Part shown: positions 62,446-63,801 of the stretch, one piece after another
How positions within the stretch are numbered: position 1 is the first letter of the stretch
Layout of the letters: every line of letters begins with the position of its first letter
NCBI RefSeq assembly: GCF_001194135.2
Contig: NC_068981.1
Location: 3,251,677 to 3,315,477, forward strand
Origin: Octopus bimaculoides
Lineage: Eukaryota
Direction of reading: 5' to 3'
Length of the DNA: 63,801 bases
The notes under the pieces: generated by a model
What the model saw: the letters and a program-made list of their open reading frames with translations, nothing else
Told to the model about the DNA's origin: nothing
Database searches by the model: none
Made by a program: the position numbers and the translations under genes

Positions 62446-63801
62446 ATTTCCGTGGTGCCTCCTCCTTCTCTTGATGCCCTGAACACCAGCTTATTTTGCT
62501 TAACGGCTAATCCAACGCTGCCTAGACCTGTGAGATCCCTGAGCAACTACCCAGTGTGCTTATGCCTTAAGACAACAATGTATGCATGTATGTATGCGAT
62601 GAACGAGCAAAAAAGAAGACAAAGAAGAAGAAAACACAGGAGAGACAATTATTAGTCTCCCGCTTGAAAAGAAAAGGGGAAAGGATCTTTACGCTTTGGA
62701 CATTAGCATTCTTCATAAGGAAACCCCCCCCCCCCAGAAAAAGAACGGTGGAAAGAAGGGAAGAAGAATGAAAAAAAGTTTAGGGACCATGTGGGAATGC
62801 AGTTCTATGGGGGTGAATTAAGACGAGAGGGAGAGACGGGGGTGTTGCGTGCAAAGAGTATGTGGAAAGAGATGGGCATGGGGGGGGAGGAAGGTGTGCG
62901 AGTTGAATGGGGTAGAAGCGATATATCTGTATATATATTTATACACACACACACACAAAAGTCGATGACCGGATGGGTATATGGCATATTTCCAGCAGAG
63001 AGTATTCATGTTTTTAGAAAATATTGCGACTATGAAGCGGGAAAAATTGTAAATAAATAAAAGCAGCAGCAGATGTAGTAGTCCTCCCCCCCTCCCCACT
63101 ACTGCTGCTGCTGCTTCAGCCGCAGCTGTGGCATGGCTGTGAATGCTCATGATTTGCAGAGAAAAACAAAACAACGTGGTTGGCTCGAACCGGCTTGCTA
63201 GAAATAGCAACTAAATCTCCATCAAATTATTAAAGGCGAAGAGAAGGCAGGATACATTGGCTAATGTAGTCCGATATGTATAATATGCCTGACCCCCCCC
63301 CCAAAAAAAATGTGGGTTAGTCACGGCTAGAATGCTTTATAGTCAGTTAAACATCAGACACGAGACACCGAGGTGAACCTCTATATGGTTACATGGTCTG
63401 CTAGAAATACCAGCTAAATCTGGTGGAGTTTCGGATTAGGCACCCGTATCTCGTAAGAAACGAAAAGGTTATAGAAAAAAAAAAAAAGCAGGTGTGTAAC
63501 TGTAATTTCTGTTGAATGAAACACAACTACTAAAAAAACAAAACAAAAACAGAACATAAAAGGAAAAACCCTTTTTCTTTTCCCTTATGGGAGCACCTAA
63601 TCCGAAACCCTGCCCCAGGTCTTCCTCGAATCACTCCCTACTGTCTTAAATACTGGAAGGACATCTTAGATAATAGAATTATCTACATTTGGGAGTCTAA
63701 AATATCTATATTTAGGAGTCTTAATTTTACTAGAATATCTCTGATCATGTATGTCTATTGAATGTTGGACGACCCAGGGTTAAATAACAGCAAGGTTACT
63801 G

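Noticed and set aside
62818-63210. 130-aa minus ORF with poly-Ala as an HR39 N-terminal exon
   Set aside because: Runs into microsatellite sequence; no convincing in-phase donor to join 44926/44968.
1-63801. CRISPR arrays, rRNA genes or prokaryotic operons
   Set aside because: None seen; spliceosomal introns and metazoan transposons indicate eukaryotic nuclear DNA.

Overview
AT-rich, microsatellite- and gap-rich eukaryotic genomic DNA. The repeat families and texture resemble an octopus draft assembly (inference from recall; no database search was run). One protein-coding gene is supported: an NR5-family nuclear receptor on the minus strand with five in-frame GT-AG coding exons (44924-44030, 38440-38261, 36585-36143, 33943-33691, 30248-29971). 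They total 2049 nt, or 682 aa if the AUG at 44924 is used. The post-DBD box ([14 protein letters not shown]), helix-3 region (RLYKIVRW) and C-terminus (LLYELLKGE) point to HR39/NR5B (FTZ-F1 beta) rather than FTZ-F1/SF-1. The rest is intronic or intergenic and full of mobile-element debris: RTE and L2/CR1-type LINE remnants, several tRNA-derived SINE families, a Gypsy remnant lacking RT, Penelope-like GIY-YIG fragments, mariner/pogo/hAT pieces, MITE-like foldbacks and a non-autonomous Helitron. The most unusual signal is a short repeat at ~23.0, ~40.4 and ~51.1 kb. It joins a tRNA-like Pol III head to a minimal type-I hammerhead-ribozyme motif of the kind associated with Penelope-like elements, and two copies have an inverted architecture with target-site duplications. 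No single copy is intact; the ribozyme is a consensus reconstruction. Most ORFs in the supplied track are microsatellite, N-gap or repeat artefacts.
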